Assembly: GCA_024679065.1 (NCBI GenBank)
Contig: JAGIQG010000009.1
Location: 71,734,001-71,798,000, forward strand
DNA length: 64,000 nucleotides
Direction of reading: 5' to 3'
From: Sphyrna mokarran
Lineage: Eukaryota
The notes beneath the pieces were generated by a model. It was not told the origin of the DNA. It ran no database searches and saw nothing but the letters and a program-made list of their open reading frames with translations. How positions within the stretch are numbered: the stretch's first letter is position 1; every line of letters starts with the position of its first letter. The translations under genes were made by a program, and so were the position numbers. Positions 1 through 11,960 of this stretch are shown here, piece after piece.

Positions 1-439
1 GCACACTACATGCTCATTTATTTCCAACCAACAATCACCCTTTCAACCTATACTTATAAATAGGTGCACAGGTAAGTACTGATTCATGTCCACCACCTGA
101 ATGCAGTTAAACCCAATTGATATACAATAAACAAGTTACCCTTGAACACTTGTCAAATCCTTCCGAAGAGCATGTTGAAGAATACCATAGGCAAACTTTG
201 GAAGCAGGTTGCTTTGCTGCACTCTTGGATTGGGAATGCAATGCTACGAGTAAAGAGGGGTAGAAATAAAGCACCTTGTTGCAGCTACAAATGGGATTGA
301 TAAGGCCTACTCTAATGTCAAGCCTTTCAAAGATATTCAAAGGCTGCAATGCAGAGATTATTCATATTAAAGCATTGGGATTTCGACGGGCCCTTGGGAT
401 TTTGTAGCTAAAGTAGGTGGAATAATTTGTTCTGCTATC

Positions 440-760
440 ACCCTTTATAACTTGTCTAGATCTATCCTTTCGTTTTGTTATTTGTCCCATTGCATCTCTT
501 TAGTCTTGTACCATTTTGTCATTTAATACCTCTAGCCTTGCAAAATTTGTTTTTTTCTCTCTATTCTCCCTTCTTTCATCGCCTCTATACTTATTTATAA
601 ACTGCTACCTCACTAACATATTCTCATTCTGAAATCCAGTCAGAGACCTGAAATATTAACTCTACTTTTATCTTCACAGGCCCTGCCTGATCTTGGAGTA
701 TTTCTAGCTGCTTCTATTATTAGTTCAAATTTCCAGCATCTGCAGTATACTGTTTTTGAA
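440..760 (+). mobile_element. Old PLE 3' terminus, second family
   Basis: TCTGA...GACCTGAAATATTAACTCT...TTTCCAGCATCTGCAG resembles a common shark PLE pLTR and the copy at 32420-32520. Confidence 0.5.
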
Positions 761-2009
761 ATATCAAGATAATTGTGTGTTTATAAATGGTGGGTAAAAT
801 CTGAAATTAAATGGCTCACTTCTGAATTAAGGAGATGGAAAATAATCTAGAATTTATGAAGTAATTACATAATTTATGAAGAAATCATCCCAGGTTAACA
901 CTACAGTTGCTGGCTTGCACAAATTTGGTGTAGTTTAGATCAAAATTTGTCAATTTCGTTGTGCATCTCCATTATTTAGACAACTGCAGGCAATTTTGTT
1001 GACCCTAAAAAATGATGCCTCTTTGACCGCTGATTCCAGAAGGTTGTAAGGCAATAAACAGTGACATGCAATAGCTCCGTCAAAGGTTCATTATGTACAG
1101 TCCTTATAATTGATAGGGCTCATTAGCTACTTTGTTTATAATGCCAGTGCTTATTACTGATTGTAATTGATGGGACTCGTTAACTTACCTGTGAGTGACA
1201 GGGCTGATTACTTGTGAATTACGAGGCTCACTACTTGTACATGCATGGATTCACTATTGATTTGGAATTAAGACAATTCATTACCAAGAGCTTGTAATGA
1301 AAGGAGGTTATTAATTTCTGTGCATTTATTATAGGAAAGGTTCATTTTTAGCGCTTGTAACATACAAAGTGTATTACTAGCCAATGATGCAACCTTACAG
1401 CTTTTAATAATATTGCTTGTTGCTATTCTTATGAGTGATGGGATTCATGGACCTCAGAATTCATTGACAGGCAAAGATAATTTCTGCTTCAGGACACTTC
1501 ATTGCCAACAGTTTGTCCATGCTACACTTTCAGGTAGGTGTGGATTCATGCATTTGTTGGGGACAGCCCTAATATGAGTTTTAAAATGGTTTTCTTTTAT
1601 TGAACAGCGCTTAACATATTAACATGACAGAAGAAAAAAGAAAAGCAAATTTGGGACTGGATTTTACTGCCAGCTTCTGTACTGAGTTGAAGAAAACTGA
1701 AAATTCACACAATATTCCAAACATTATCTCATTATTGAACATGTTTTCCTCATGTTGTCTTTATTTTAGAAAAACAATCGTGCAGCTGCCATTGTGAAAA
1801 AACTGTTTGCCTGAATTGTGTATCCTTCAGGAATGTAGTCAATTAGCTAAGCTTTGGCCTTCTGAGGGTTTACAAGTTAGCAGAGTTAATTGCAAAGACA
1901 AAAATATCTTAAAATGAAGTCTTTGTACAGTATGAAGCAAACAGGCCTACACATAAATAGTATCTCTCAATAGATTAAAGGCACTATATAAATACAACCA
2001 TAAATTATG

Positions 2010-2420
2010 CTTAGATAGCATCATTAGCATAGTGAAATATCCCACTGTATCACAGGAGAGTAATCAGATATAATTTAGCACCCAGGCACACAAGGAAATA
2101 TTAGGAAAGCTGATCAAAAATTTGGTCAAAGATATAGGGTGAGATTTTCCAACCGTGCCAGCATCAAAACTGGAAAATCCCACCTGAGGTCATCAGATTT
2201 TTGCATGGTTCATGCTTCTGCCTGCTACAATTCTTCCCCTATAGTGTTTTAAGGAACATCTTACAGGAGAGAGAAGTAGAGGAGCAGAAAGGTTTACAGA
2301 AAGAATTCTGTGTCTTAGGAATAGGAGCTGAAAATGTAGCAACTAATGATAGAGGAATGGAAATGAGGAACGCACGAGATCAGAATTACAGGAGCAAAGA
2401 CGGTCTTAGATTGTTGTGTA
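2010..2420 (-). mobile_element. L2 LINE 3' fragment with a MITE inserted at ~2137-2245
   Basis: TTGGTCAAAGA...TTTTAAGGAACATCTTACAGGAGAGAGA typical of antisense L2 3' region. Confidence 0.55.
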
Positions 2421-2674
2421 ATATAGGGGGTTAATTCTAACTGTAATATCTTATTCAAATGCCATGTACCTCACCACAGGATGTGATGTAATGACACGTG
2501 GTTTGCTCTCTCTCTCTCTTGCAGTTTTGCCTAAAGTGAGGCATCTCAGTAAGATATCTCCATAAAGTTCCTGTTTTTCGTACCTCAGTAAACTTAGTAA
2601 ATATTCTGTATTAATTTTACAATGCCAAGAACAATACATGATGGCAGCATGTGAAAGAACAGTTGTGAAAAAAT

Positions 2675-2860
2675 AAGAACATAAGAACATAAGAAATAGG
2701 AGCAGGAGAAGGCCATCTAGCCTCTCGAGCCTGCCCCGCCATTCAATGCCATGGCTGATCTGATAGTGGTTCAGTTCCATTTACCCACCTGCTCCCTGGA
2801 GCCCTTAATTTCCTTATTGATCAGAAATCTAACTACTTGTGACTTAAACAAATCTCTTCT
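2675..2860 (-). mobile_element. CR1 3' tail fragment
   Basis: (ATAAGAAC)n tail, GGAGCAGGAG..GGCCAT. Confidence 0.7.
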
Positions 2861-3736
2861 TTTACTGGAAAACTTAGAGGAAGTCATGGGTCCCAACCAA
2901 ATAGAAGTATACCTGAATTGGTATTGGAGATTACCTATATAGCGAACCACATTAAGCCTTAGTGTGGAGGTAGACAGTGAGTATATTAGTACTGGGATAT
3001 AGATGTGATGGTTGGTCATGCAGATTCGGGTAGGATATCAATGATGAAAAGGCCTAGAACAATGCATAACCAAAGCACTTGAAACAAATTAAATCTGAAA
3101 AAGATGTTGAATGGGCTAATTGAGAAAAAACAACAAATGAGACAAAAAAAAGGCACAAATTTGACAAACATCCATGGGAAAGTTTAGATGCATTTCAAAA
3201 AGATCTGTGTTGACTTGCAGGGAACTGTGGGAATGGCATTCTAAAAGATGATTGGAACAGAATTGTCGTGACAGTGTTAGGTTATATTTTATATGATCAC
3301 TTGCAGTCAATTAATGATCTAAGTTTTGCAAAATCAATTCAACAGTGCAAACAAGCAGAGCAAAATGAATCTATGGATGGGGAATCGTATCCCAAAAGCA
3401 GCTGACTCAGTTGTGCATGTCAAATTTAAAATTTCAGAAGCTGTGGTTAAAAAGCAGGGGAGACTGGAAGAGCATCCATCAGCAGCAGCCCCAGCTAACT
3501 GTAACTGATGTGGTGAGGTAAAACACAGGCAGGAAAACTGCTCTGCCAAAGGAGCTGTATGCCACTTACGCAGAAAGATGGGCTAATTCTAGGTGATGTG
3601 GCCAAAGCAAGAAGTCTTGATGTAATGTGCACAAAGGCAAGCTCCATGAAGTAGATTGTATCTAAATTCTTGGAGAGATCCAGGAACCAAGTGGAAGGTA
3701 TAAGAGTGCTGATATCTGGTAAACAAGACACAATTT

Positions 3737-4064
3737 GGAGGTGGCACGGCAGCACAGTGGTTAGCACTGCTGCCTCACAGCGCCAGGGAATCGAATTCAA
3801 TTCTCGGCCTGGGTCACTGTCTGTATGGAATTTGCACATTCTCCCTGTGTCTGCATGGGTTTCCTCCAGATGCTCCGGTTTCCTCCAGCAGTCTAAAGAT
3901 GTGCAGGTTAAATGGATTTGGCCATGCAAAATTGCCCTTTACGACTGCGGGCTAGCTAGGGTTAATGCATGAGGTTATGGGAATACAGCCTGGATGGAAT
4001 TGTGTTCGTTGCAACCTTGATGGGTCAAATGGCATCCTTTTGCACTGTAGGAATTCTATGATTT
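3737..4064 (+). mobile_element. HE1/V-SINE, CR1-type tail (type A)
   Basis: tRNA-like head GGCACAGTGGTTAGCACTGCTGCCTCACAG, V-domain, tail TGCACTGTAGGAATTCTATG. Confidence 0.88.
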
Positions 4065-4834
4065 AAGTAAGACACAGCAGTTTCTCTTCTTTTGAATGCT
4101 GTACCATGGTTGGAGAGAAGTCCTCTTCAGCCATTGTGCAACAAACTAAATAGGCCAAGAGAAATTGAGCTCGAGGTCATCAGGCAATTGATTGTAAACC
4201 CTGCAGTATTGAGAGAAAGAAATCACAGAAATATTGGATGAGATTCAGAACCAAAACTACCCACTGTTGAGCAGGAAGATAAGTATCGATTTGCATCAGA
4301 TAGAATGAGTGGAAGAATTGAAAGGCTGAGGAGATCAATGCAAAAACTTCAGAACTGAATTTCCACAGCTGCTTACAGCACTAGGAAAGCTGAAGACAGC
4401 ATATCACATCATTCTGTATCCTGAAGTGAAATTTTTTGCCTATTTACACACAGTAAAGTTCCTTATCCACTCTAACCACAGAATTGACTCAATGTTAAAG
4501 CAGTTACAGAGCCAGCAAGCTGATGGTCCTGATGCCAAAACTCAGCGGATTTATCAGAATCTGTGTAGATCTCACACAGCTGAACAAAGCTGTTGAATGT
4601 GAAGTTTGTCTTATGTTGTCTGTGGATGGGGTCACAATAAAATTGGGACAGAGTTCAATCTACACAAAGCTAGATGAAGAATCTAAGTTGCTCACATTCA
4701 TTTTATACCATTTAGGAGGTTTTGTTTCAGCATCACATCATCACCAGAAGGGTTCTGGAGGACCATGCCAAGTATCCTAGAAGGATTGGATGGAGCCATT
4801 TATCACATGGGTGATCCATGAATCCAATAAGGCA

Positions 4835-5375
4835 GAGTTATAGTTAAGAAAGCTGCAACCTCTACTTTCTTAGAAGACAAAGGAAATTTGGCATGAGAGC
4901 TAAACTCTCGCCAACTTCTACAGATGCACATCGAAAGCATTCTTTCAGTTGTATCACATCTTGGTATGACTTCTGCTCTGTCCAAGACTGCAAGGAACTA
5001 CAGAACGTCATGAATGAAGCCCAGTCCATCAAACAAACCAGCCTCCCATCCATTGACAGTGTTTACACTTCCTGCTGCTTTGGAAAAGCAGCCAGCATAA
5101 TCAAGGACTGCACTCACTCCAGACATATTTTCTTCCAACTTCCCCCATCAGGAAAAAGATACAAAACCTTGAGATCATGTACCAACGACTTTTGAATGGA
5201 TCTATCTCGCATTAAGTTGATCTTTCTCTACACCCTAACTATGATTGTAACACTACATTCTGCAGTCTTTCCTTCCCTTCCCTATTGTCAATATCCTTTG
5301 TTTATACAGTACACAGAAACAATACCTTTCATTGTGTACTAATACATGTGACAATGACAAATAAATCAAATCAAA
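4835..5375 (+). mobile_element. Rex1/Babar-clade LINE 3' fragment
   Basis: CITSWY..CSVQDCKELQNV...LPSIDSVYTSCCFGKAASIIKD (DUF1891-like C-terminus); tail GTGACAAT...AAATCAAATC. Confidence 0.8.
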
Positions 5376-5705
5376 AAAGAATGTAGCCAAGAATGCAAGC
5401 TGTGCTGCGATGTCTACAGGAAGCAACAGATGCACATTTACAGCAGATTGTCAAGTTCCTGGCATTTTTTTGAATGCATCCCAGAGTCAGAGCTAATCCA
5501 AAGAAGACAAAATCAAGAAAAGAGTTTCCAATTCCTCTGAATGTGATTGAGTTGTAGAAATTCATGAGTATTGTGAATCAAGTGGGAAAGTTCCTGGCTA
5601 AACTAACTGTTATGATGTAAAGATGCCGGCGTTGGATTGGAGTGGTAAGAACTCAGTAAGAATTTAGCAACACCAATTATTAATCCAACCGATTTATTTG
5701 ATAGT

Positions 5706-5749
5706 AAAATAGCGAGCTTTCAACACTCCCGTGTCTTCATCAGGCAAGT
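5706..5749 (-). ncRNA. Minimal hammerhead ribozyme in PLE pLTR
   Basis: Minus strand CTGATGA-A-GACAC-GGGA-GTGTT-GAAA-GC-TC: intact catalytic core, stem II with GNRA loop, palindromic AGCT stem III; stem I weak. Confidence 0.8.
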
Positions 5750-5960
5750 GCAGTGTACTGGTCTGCAATAGCACACATCAGCACAGACAGTCAGAGATTG
5801 CTGATTAGAATGCGAATCCTTACATCTAACCTGCTATTCAAGTGTTAAAGTGGCTAACAATGTGTGTGAAGGGGATCCTGAGCATTGTTAGAGAGTTGTG
5901 TATTTTCTCCAGACAGCACAGTAAGTGAGGTTTTTTGCTAACCCAGGCAAGTTACGGGGG

Positions 5961-7136
5961 TTACAGATAGTGTGTCATGAAGCCAAGATCCCTGTTAAGA
6001 CCGTCCTCATGTGTGCGGAACTTGGCTATCAGTCTCTGCTCAGCGACTCTGCGCTGTCGTGTATCACGAAAGCCCCCTTGAAGAACATTTACCCGCAGGT
6101 CGGAGGCCGAATGCCCATGACTGCTGAAGTGTTCGCCCACAGGAAGGGAACTGTTTTGCCTGGTGATTGTTGAGCGATGCTCATTCATCCGCTGTCGTAG
6201 TGTCTGCATGGTCTCCCCAATGTACCATGCTTCGGGACATCCTTTCTTGCAACGTATTAGGTAGACAACGTTGGCCGAGTTGCAAGAGTATGTACCGTGT
6301 ACCTGGTGAATGGTATCCTCACGTTTGATGATGTCGTCCATGTCTATGATCTGGCATGTCTTGCAGAGGTTGCTGTGGCAGGGTCGTGTGGTATTGTGGT
6401 CACTGTTCTCCTGAAGGTTGGGTAGTTTGCTGCGAACAATGATCTGTTTGAGGTTGTGCGGTTGTCTGAAAGCAAGAAGTGGGGGGGTGGGGATGGCCCT
6501 AGCGAGATGTTCATCGTCATCAATGATATGTTGAAGACTCCGGAGAAGATGTCGTAGCTTCTCCGCTCCGGGGAAGTACTGGACAACAAAGGGTACTCTG
6601 TCCACCGTGTCCCGTGTTCGTCTTCTGAGGAGATCAGTGCGGTTTATCGTTGTGGCACGTTGGAACTGTCGATCGATGAGTCGAGCGCCATATCCTGTTC
6701 TCACGAGTGCATCCTTCAGTGTCTGGAGGTGTCTGTCACGATCCTCCTCATCTGAGCAAATTCTGTGTATACGGAGGGCTTGTCCATAGGGAATGGCTTC
6801 TTTAACGTGTCTAGGGTGGAAGCTGGAGAAGTGGAGCATTGTGAGGTTGTCTGTCGGTTTTCGGTACAGTGAGGTGCTGAGGTGACCGTCCTTGATGGAG
6901 ATGCGTGTGTCCAAGAATGCAACTGATTCTGGAGAATAGTCCATGGTGAGTCTGATGGTGGGATGGAACTTGTTGATATCATCATACAGTTGTTTCAATG
7001 ATTGTTCACCATGAGTCCAAAGGAAAAAGATGTCATCAATGTATCTAGTATATAACCTTGGTTGGAGATCTTGTGTGGTGAAGAAGTCTTGTTCGAACCT
7101 GTGCATGAAGATGTTGGCATACTGAGGTGCGAATTT
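5961..7136 (-). CDS. Penelope-like RT (C-terminal part)-linker-GIY-YIG endonuclease, 5' truncated
   Basis: Frame open from KFAPQYANIFM; RT motif YTRYIDDIF, FLD, LYRKPT; Cys-rich linker PCHSNLCKTC; endonuclease VVYLIRC...WYIGET...RMNEH...VGEHF; C-terminal GLN. Confidence 0.92.
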   Translation of the reverse strand, partial: KFAPQYANIFMHRFEQDFFTTQDLQPRLYTRYIDDIFFLWTHGEQSLKQLYDDINKFHPTIRLTMDYSPESVAFLDTRISIKDGHLSTSLYRKPTDNLTMLHFSSFHPRHVKEAIPYGQALRIHRICSDEEDRDRHLQTLKDALVRTGYGARLIDRQFQRATTINRTDLLRRRTRDTVDRVPFVVQYFPGAEKLRHLLRSLQHIIDDDEHLARAIPTPPLLAFRQPHNLKQIIVRSKLPNLQENSDHNTTRPCHSNLCKTCQIIDMDDIIKREDTIHQVHGTYSCNSANVVYLIRCKKGCPEAWYIGETMQTLRQRMNEHRSTITRQNSSLPVGEHFSSHGHSASDLRVNVLQGGFRDTRQRRVAEQRLIAKFRTHEDGLNRDLGFMTHYL

Positions 7137-10051
7137 CCCGATGCAATTTTACAACTCATCCGCTTCATCTTGGACCACAATGTCTTCACCTTCAACAATC
7201 AGCTTTTCATCCAGACACACGGAACAGCCATGGGGACCAAATTCGCACCTCAGTATGCCAACATTCTAAACTAACTGTTGTCATTAATGTTGACATTAAG
7301 TCAGCTGTTATGTCAGGACAATACATTGGTGATGGGAGGAAGTACAAGAAAGATCTTTTGAGAAAGTCAAAGAGATGCTGATAATCTTCTTATATTTTAG
7401 CTTGCAATGACCCAGAGACACTCATTATTGCTGCAGAGGCATCTTCTACAGGTTTGTGAGCTGTGTTCTTTCAGACACATACAGGTCAAAAGAGTAGATT
7501 AGTTTACTACACATCCTGTTCATTGATAGAGCCATGTAGTGATGGAGAAAGAAGCATTTGCTTCTACATTTGCTTGTCAGAAGTTTGTAGATAATATTCC
7601 TGGTCTCCGCATCAAGATGACTACAGGCCACAAACCCTTATTCATACTCTTTAATTTTAAAGAATTAGCAAAAATGCCTCACATACACCAATTTAGACTC
7701 AGGATGATAGGGTTTGATGCAAAGACAGAACACATCCTTAGGAAAGTGATAGCTACATCAGATGCTTGTACAGTATCCCAGTGGCAAGCCCTGAACTAAA
7801 TGATATAGTTCTTATTGAAGAGGCAGAAACCTTTGCACCAACAACAATTCTATTAGTAACTCAGCAATGTAGGGTTTCAGAGATGCACAGACATCTGGTG
7901 AAAATGTACCCAGATCAGACTTCTAACCAGGACAGTCAGTTTGGATTTGAGACCAGGTTCACTATGGACAAGTGGTTGAAGAGATTTCACTTCCATGGTC
8001 TTAGCTCATTCAAACAGATAACAGGCCAGTAAGATGGAATGGATATGCACTGATGGCCACAGAAAAGAAACCACCATGTCCCTATGGGAGTTGTTATCTA
8101 CCCAATCGAACCAGCCACTGATTCTGCATTAATCCACCAGTCAAGATGACCACCAATTCCCCTTTTGTCCAGCAGAGTCTGAGAGACCATCTACCAGACC
8201 CAAACACCTGATCCTTTCAAACGTGGAGGACCCATTGCAGTAGACCCTATAATAGGAAGGGAGGAAAATGGGGGTGAGGGAAGGAGAGGAGATATAATAT
8301 AAAAGGGTTAATTATAACTGTGCAATATGCTAATTGAGTACTGTATGTACAATCAGAAGACATTTTGCAATATCACATGGTTTGCCCTTTCTCTGCAACC
8401 TGGTGTAAGGTGTAGTCTGCACAATAAGATGTCTCAATCCAGCTCCTGTTTTCCATACCTTAGCTGACTCAATGAAATATTTTCTATCAGTCTAACATTA
8501 GCAATAATATTTTAGTTTATAGGGCTGAAGGTAATTACAGAAACAAGGATAGGCTAAGGTAATGGAGGAGTTATTGTTGAATAGATCAATATTTTATCTG
8601 AAGGGAAGCTCTTGGGAAGTATTCTACCAGAATGCAAGCTATATGCTAAAGTTAAAGTTTATATATTTCTCACAAGTAGGTTTACATTCACACTGCAATG
8701 AAGTTACTGTGAAAATCCCCAACTGGACTTGAACACAGGAACAACACAGCAGTGGGAAAGTGACCAGCTAACCATGCTAATAGATCGAGATATAAAATCC
8801 ATTGTCTGTCATATTGATACTCGCAATTTGAATCTGCACAGTATCAAAACTGCTTCCTTCCAATCAACTCATTTTATGCTATTGCAGTCATATGAAAGAT
8901 TTATTGCCATGTTAATCTGAATTTGAAATAAGTGTTAATTTCCCCACTCCACATTACTTACATAATCTAAATCAATATTAAAAAAAATTATAGTCAGGCA
9001 ACAGATAACGACACTGTTTGCAGTTTTATGAGGGGTAGCTGCTTTTTGCACTCTGCAGATTGGATTAGGAAGGCTTTGCATATGCAAACCAGGGAAGCTG
9101 TAAAGTATTTGCTGAACTTGCACTGCATTGAGCTGTTCAGCCCTTGTCAAACGCCTATAGAGTAAATTGGTTTCAAGGGCTCACTGCTGACTTGACTCCA
9201 TTCAGCCCTTTAATTAGTGAAGGCCTCCTCCTAACTCAGTGACGAACATAAAATGACTAATGATGTGTGTGTAGGAATGGTCCATGCCCTTCTGGAAAGC
9301 TGTGTATAATTGCCCTTTGCTGCACTCGTGTTCCCTGTTCCACGCTTTAGCCGGACAAGAATCCAAAATAATTCAAAGGCTGACAACATCGGTTTGTAAT
9401 GAATAGTCGGACATGGTAAAACCTGCAGGAGGTTAAAGCAGAAGATGTAAGCACACTCACCAGGTTGAGAAAAGCAATTTGACCCAATGACTTAATCATT
9501 TCGGAGAAGGAAAGGCAATGGGTGATCGGGTGACCTTGTGTGTGCATGTTTCCTTTTAACAACTGAGTAATTGAGGTGCATTTCTTCCTTCCCCAACACC
9601 ATTCACATGACCTCCTATCACATTGTCCTGTTGAGAAATGACAGGCACCACAGGATAGAAAGATAGCAGGTGAAAAAAAACGACTCCGCCAAGCCTGCAA
9701 AATCTTGTTGAGAGGTCCTGAATTAATAATAAATCACCAAGCAATGGAAGGACAAACTCTCCAAAATGGTGGTTTCAGCAAATTATGGTGTTGTATTCCC
9801 TTAGCTGCTGAGCTTTCACTTCACATTGTCCATACTGAAAATAGTTTTAAAAGGCCTGATTTGACATAAAGGGTGATTGGGCTATTGATGTTTAGTTCTT
9901 ACAGTTTGTTATTATCAGTGAATCAGGTTTGCCTGAATCAGTATGTGTCTGTGAGGTAAGTGTTATGTTAACCTTGAAGCAGTGTCTCTTGGGTCTGATA
10001 TTGCAGTTGTAGGGTAACCACAACTTGATTGGGAGTCAGGTCCCATTTACT

Positions 10052-10305
10052 GGTGGCATTATGGCACAATGGTTAACACTGCTGCCTCACAATGCCAGAA
10101 GTCCAGGTTTAATTCCAACTTGAGTCATTGTCTGTGCGGAGTTCGCACATTCTTTCCATGTCTGTGTTGGTACAATCCACGTGGTCCGGTTTCCCCCACA
10201 GGCCAAAGATCTGCAGTTTAGGTAGATTGGCCAACTAAATTGATCCTTAGTGTCATGGAGATTAGCAGGATAAATATGTGGGATTACAGGGCTAGGGCCT
10301 ATGAT
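10052..10305 (+). mobile_element. HE1/V-SINE type A
   Basis: Same head and core, truncated tail. Confidence 0.82.
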
Positions 10306-10477
10306 TTTAGGTCAGGCTTTAACATTTGACTTCTGCTGCATTAACTTAGCATAGTGTCCATTTAGCACTTCACTCATAATGTAAATGTACCTCAGCTACA
10401 GATATGTAGGTATTCGAATCTGATGACCGTTATAGTGTTGAATTGGAGGCAACTCAAACCCAACTGGAATTAGCAAA

Positions 10478-10607
10478 AAGGACTGGAATTCTCCAACCCT
10501 TCACGTCCTGTTGCAAAGATGGAGGATTTGGTGCTTGGCCAAATTTCTGTTCGTTGCAGCAGAACTATAGAATCCCGCTGGCGCGGACGCAGGAGAATTC
10601 CAGCCCA
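10478..10607. mobile_element. ~130-bp MITE
   Basis: TIRs GGACTGGAATTCTCC / GGAGAATTCCAGCCC. Confidence 0.65.
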
Positions 10608-10689
10608 GGTCATGTGGAATTGTCTATTAACAAAGGTGCAAAAGCAGAAAGAACCTGGATGAAATGCAAAACTGTTATCCAAAAATCCA

Positions 10690-11960
10690 TTGTGTAAACA
10701 TAGGAATGAAAATAAGCATTCCACCCTTCAGCCTGTTCTGTTGTTCAATTAAATCATAGAACCATGGGTGAGGATTTTGTGGCCCCTCTGAAGTAAACTG
10801 CAATTTAAATTGCCCGCCATGTTGGCCAGTGAGAGATACATCATGCCATGAAATCCTAGCCATAGAATCTTTGGCACAGAAGGTGCAAAAGTTGAAGTGT
10901 TTACATCTTTGATGACCAAATACTTGTCAGCAACAGAAGTTGCACAAATTTTATACTGCCAAAAGACAAGGTGAAGAGTGTATCCAGAATTAGACATGCT
11001 GCCTGGATAGATGGCCACAATACATTCCAAATTCATCCACAAAAAGAATTTCAAATAGTGGCACCACTTCTTCAGCGTTGTTGATGACCTCTTACTTTAT
11101 GATGCAGGAATGATGGCAACATGAGCTCTCTGCTGAGAAGTCCTCCAGAAGATACATTTAGGGCATCCCGTCATAACCAGTTGCCAAGCTTTGGCACAGC
11201 AGTCTGTCTGGTGACGAGGAATTTCACACTCTATTGAACATAATATTGTCTCCAACTGTGTTGGCTGTACCATCCACTGGCAGGAACAGAAAGTCCACTT
11301 CTACTCGCCTCCTTCCTATCAATATCTTGCACATACCATGGCGTAGATTTGTTTGACTAGAAAGGGAAAACATGTTTTACAGCAATAGATTATTGTTTCC
11401 ACTAAATAGGGGTGCAAAAGCTACATGGCATCACCTTTGATGCTTTGCAGGGGCAGTAGGGTGACACAGTGATTATCACTGCTGCCTCAAAGCACCAGAG
11501 ACCCAGGTTCAATTCCTGTCTTGAATCACTGTCTATGCAACATCTGCCCATTCTCCCTATGGCTGCGTGGGTTTCCTCCTGGCCTCCAGTTTCCTCCCAC
11601 AGTCTGAAAAATGTGCTGGTTAGATGCACTGGTCATCTCTCTCAGTATACCCAAACAGGCTCCAGGATGTGATGACTAGGGAATTTTTCAAGATAACTTC
11701 ATTGCAGTGTTAATGTAAGCCTACTTGCGACACTAATAATTAAATTTTAAACTTTAAACATCCTTGAAGGAAATGTTCTCTCCGCATCGTATTCCTGACA
11801 TTGCCATCTTTGATAATGGACCACAATTTGCAAATGAGTGTTTTCAATCTTTAACACATTCATATGAATTTACACATACTTCAAGCTCCCCAAAATATCT
11901 TCAGTCTAATAGAGAAGCAAAGTGAGTTTATACTGTCAAAGGCCTTCTGAAGAAGAATGT
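10690..11960 (+). mobile_element. Gypsy integrase relic interrupted by a SINE
   Basis: DLF...GK...IDY near 11340-11400; LKEMFSPHRIPDIAIFDNGPQFANECF...SSSPKYLQSN at 11763-11915. Confidence 0.8.
11449..11757 (+). mobile_element. V-SINE, alternative tail (type B)
   Basis: Same head and core; tail AACTTCATTGCAGTGTTAATGTAAGCCTACTTGCGACACTAATAA. Confidence 0.85.

Larger units (their letters stand above)
5612..7265 (-). mobile_element. Penelope-like retroelement (Neptune-like), young, 5'-truncated and 5'-inverted, with 14-bp TSD
   Basis: Open RT + GIY-YIG ORF on minus; 3' pLTR-like terminus at ~5612-5760 containing a hammerhead; inverted 5' piece 7137-7265; direct repeat CTAAACTAACTGTT at 5598-5611 and 7266-7279; CpGs retained. 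Confidence 0.93.
3040..8490 (+). mobile_element. Decayed Gypsy LTR retrotransposon (gag, RT, RNase H, probable 3' LTR) hosting nested insertions
   Basis: gag-like CGEVKHRQENCSAKGAVCH at ~3510; RT PKLSGFIRICVDLTQLNKAV (4523-4780); IVNQVGKFLAKL split by the PLE; RNase H IIAAEASSTGL and EKEAFASTFACQKF...TGHKPL (7420-7800); purine tract ~8255-8291 followed by LTR-like sequence. Confidence 0.8.

Noticed and set aside
3740-3810. tRNA gene-like A/B boxes here and at other SINE heads
   Set aside because: tRNA-derived SINE promoters with no complete cloverleaf
3495-3972. Recurrent ORFs such as RKPEHLEETHADTGR / WVSSGCSGFL
   Set aside because: Translations of V-SINE sequence, not genes
9423-9460. Perfect-looking GTGAGT...CCTCCTGCAG mini-intron on the minus strand
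   Set aside because: 38 nt is below the usual vertebrate intron minimum and the flanking frames match no protein I recognise
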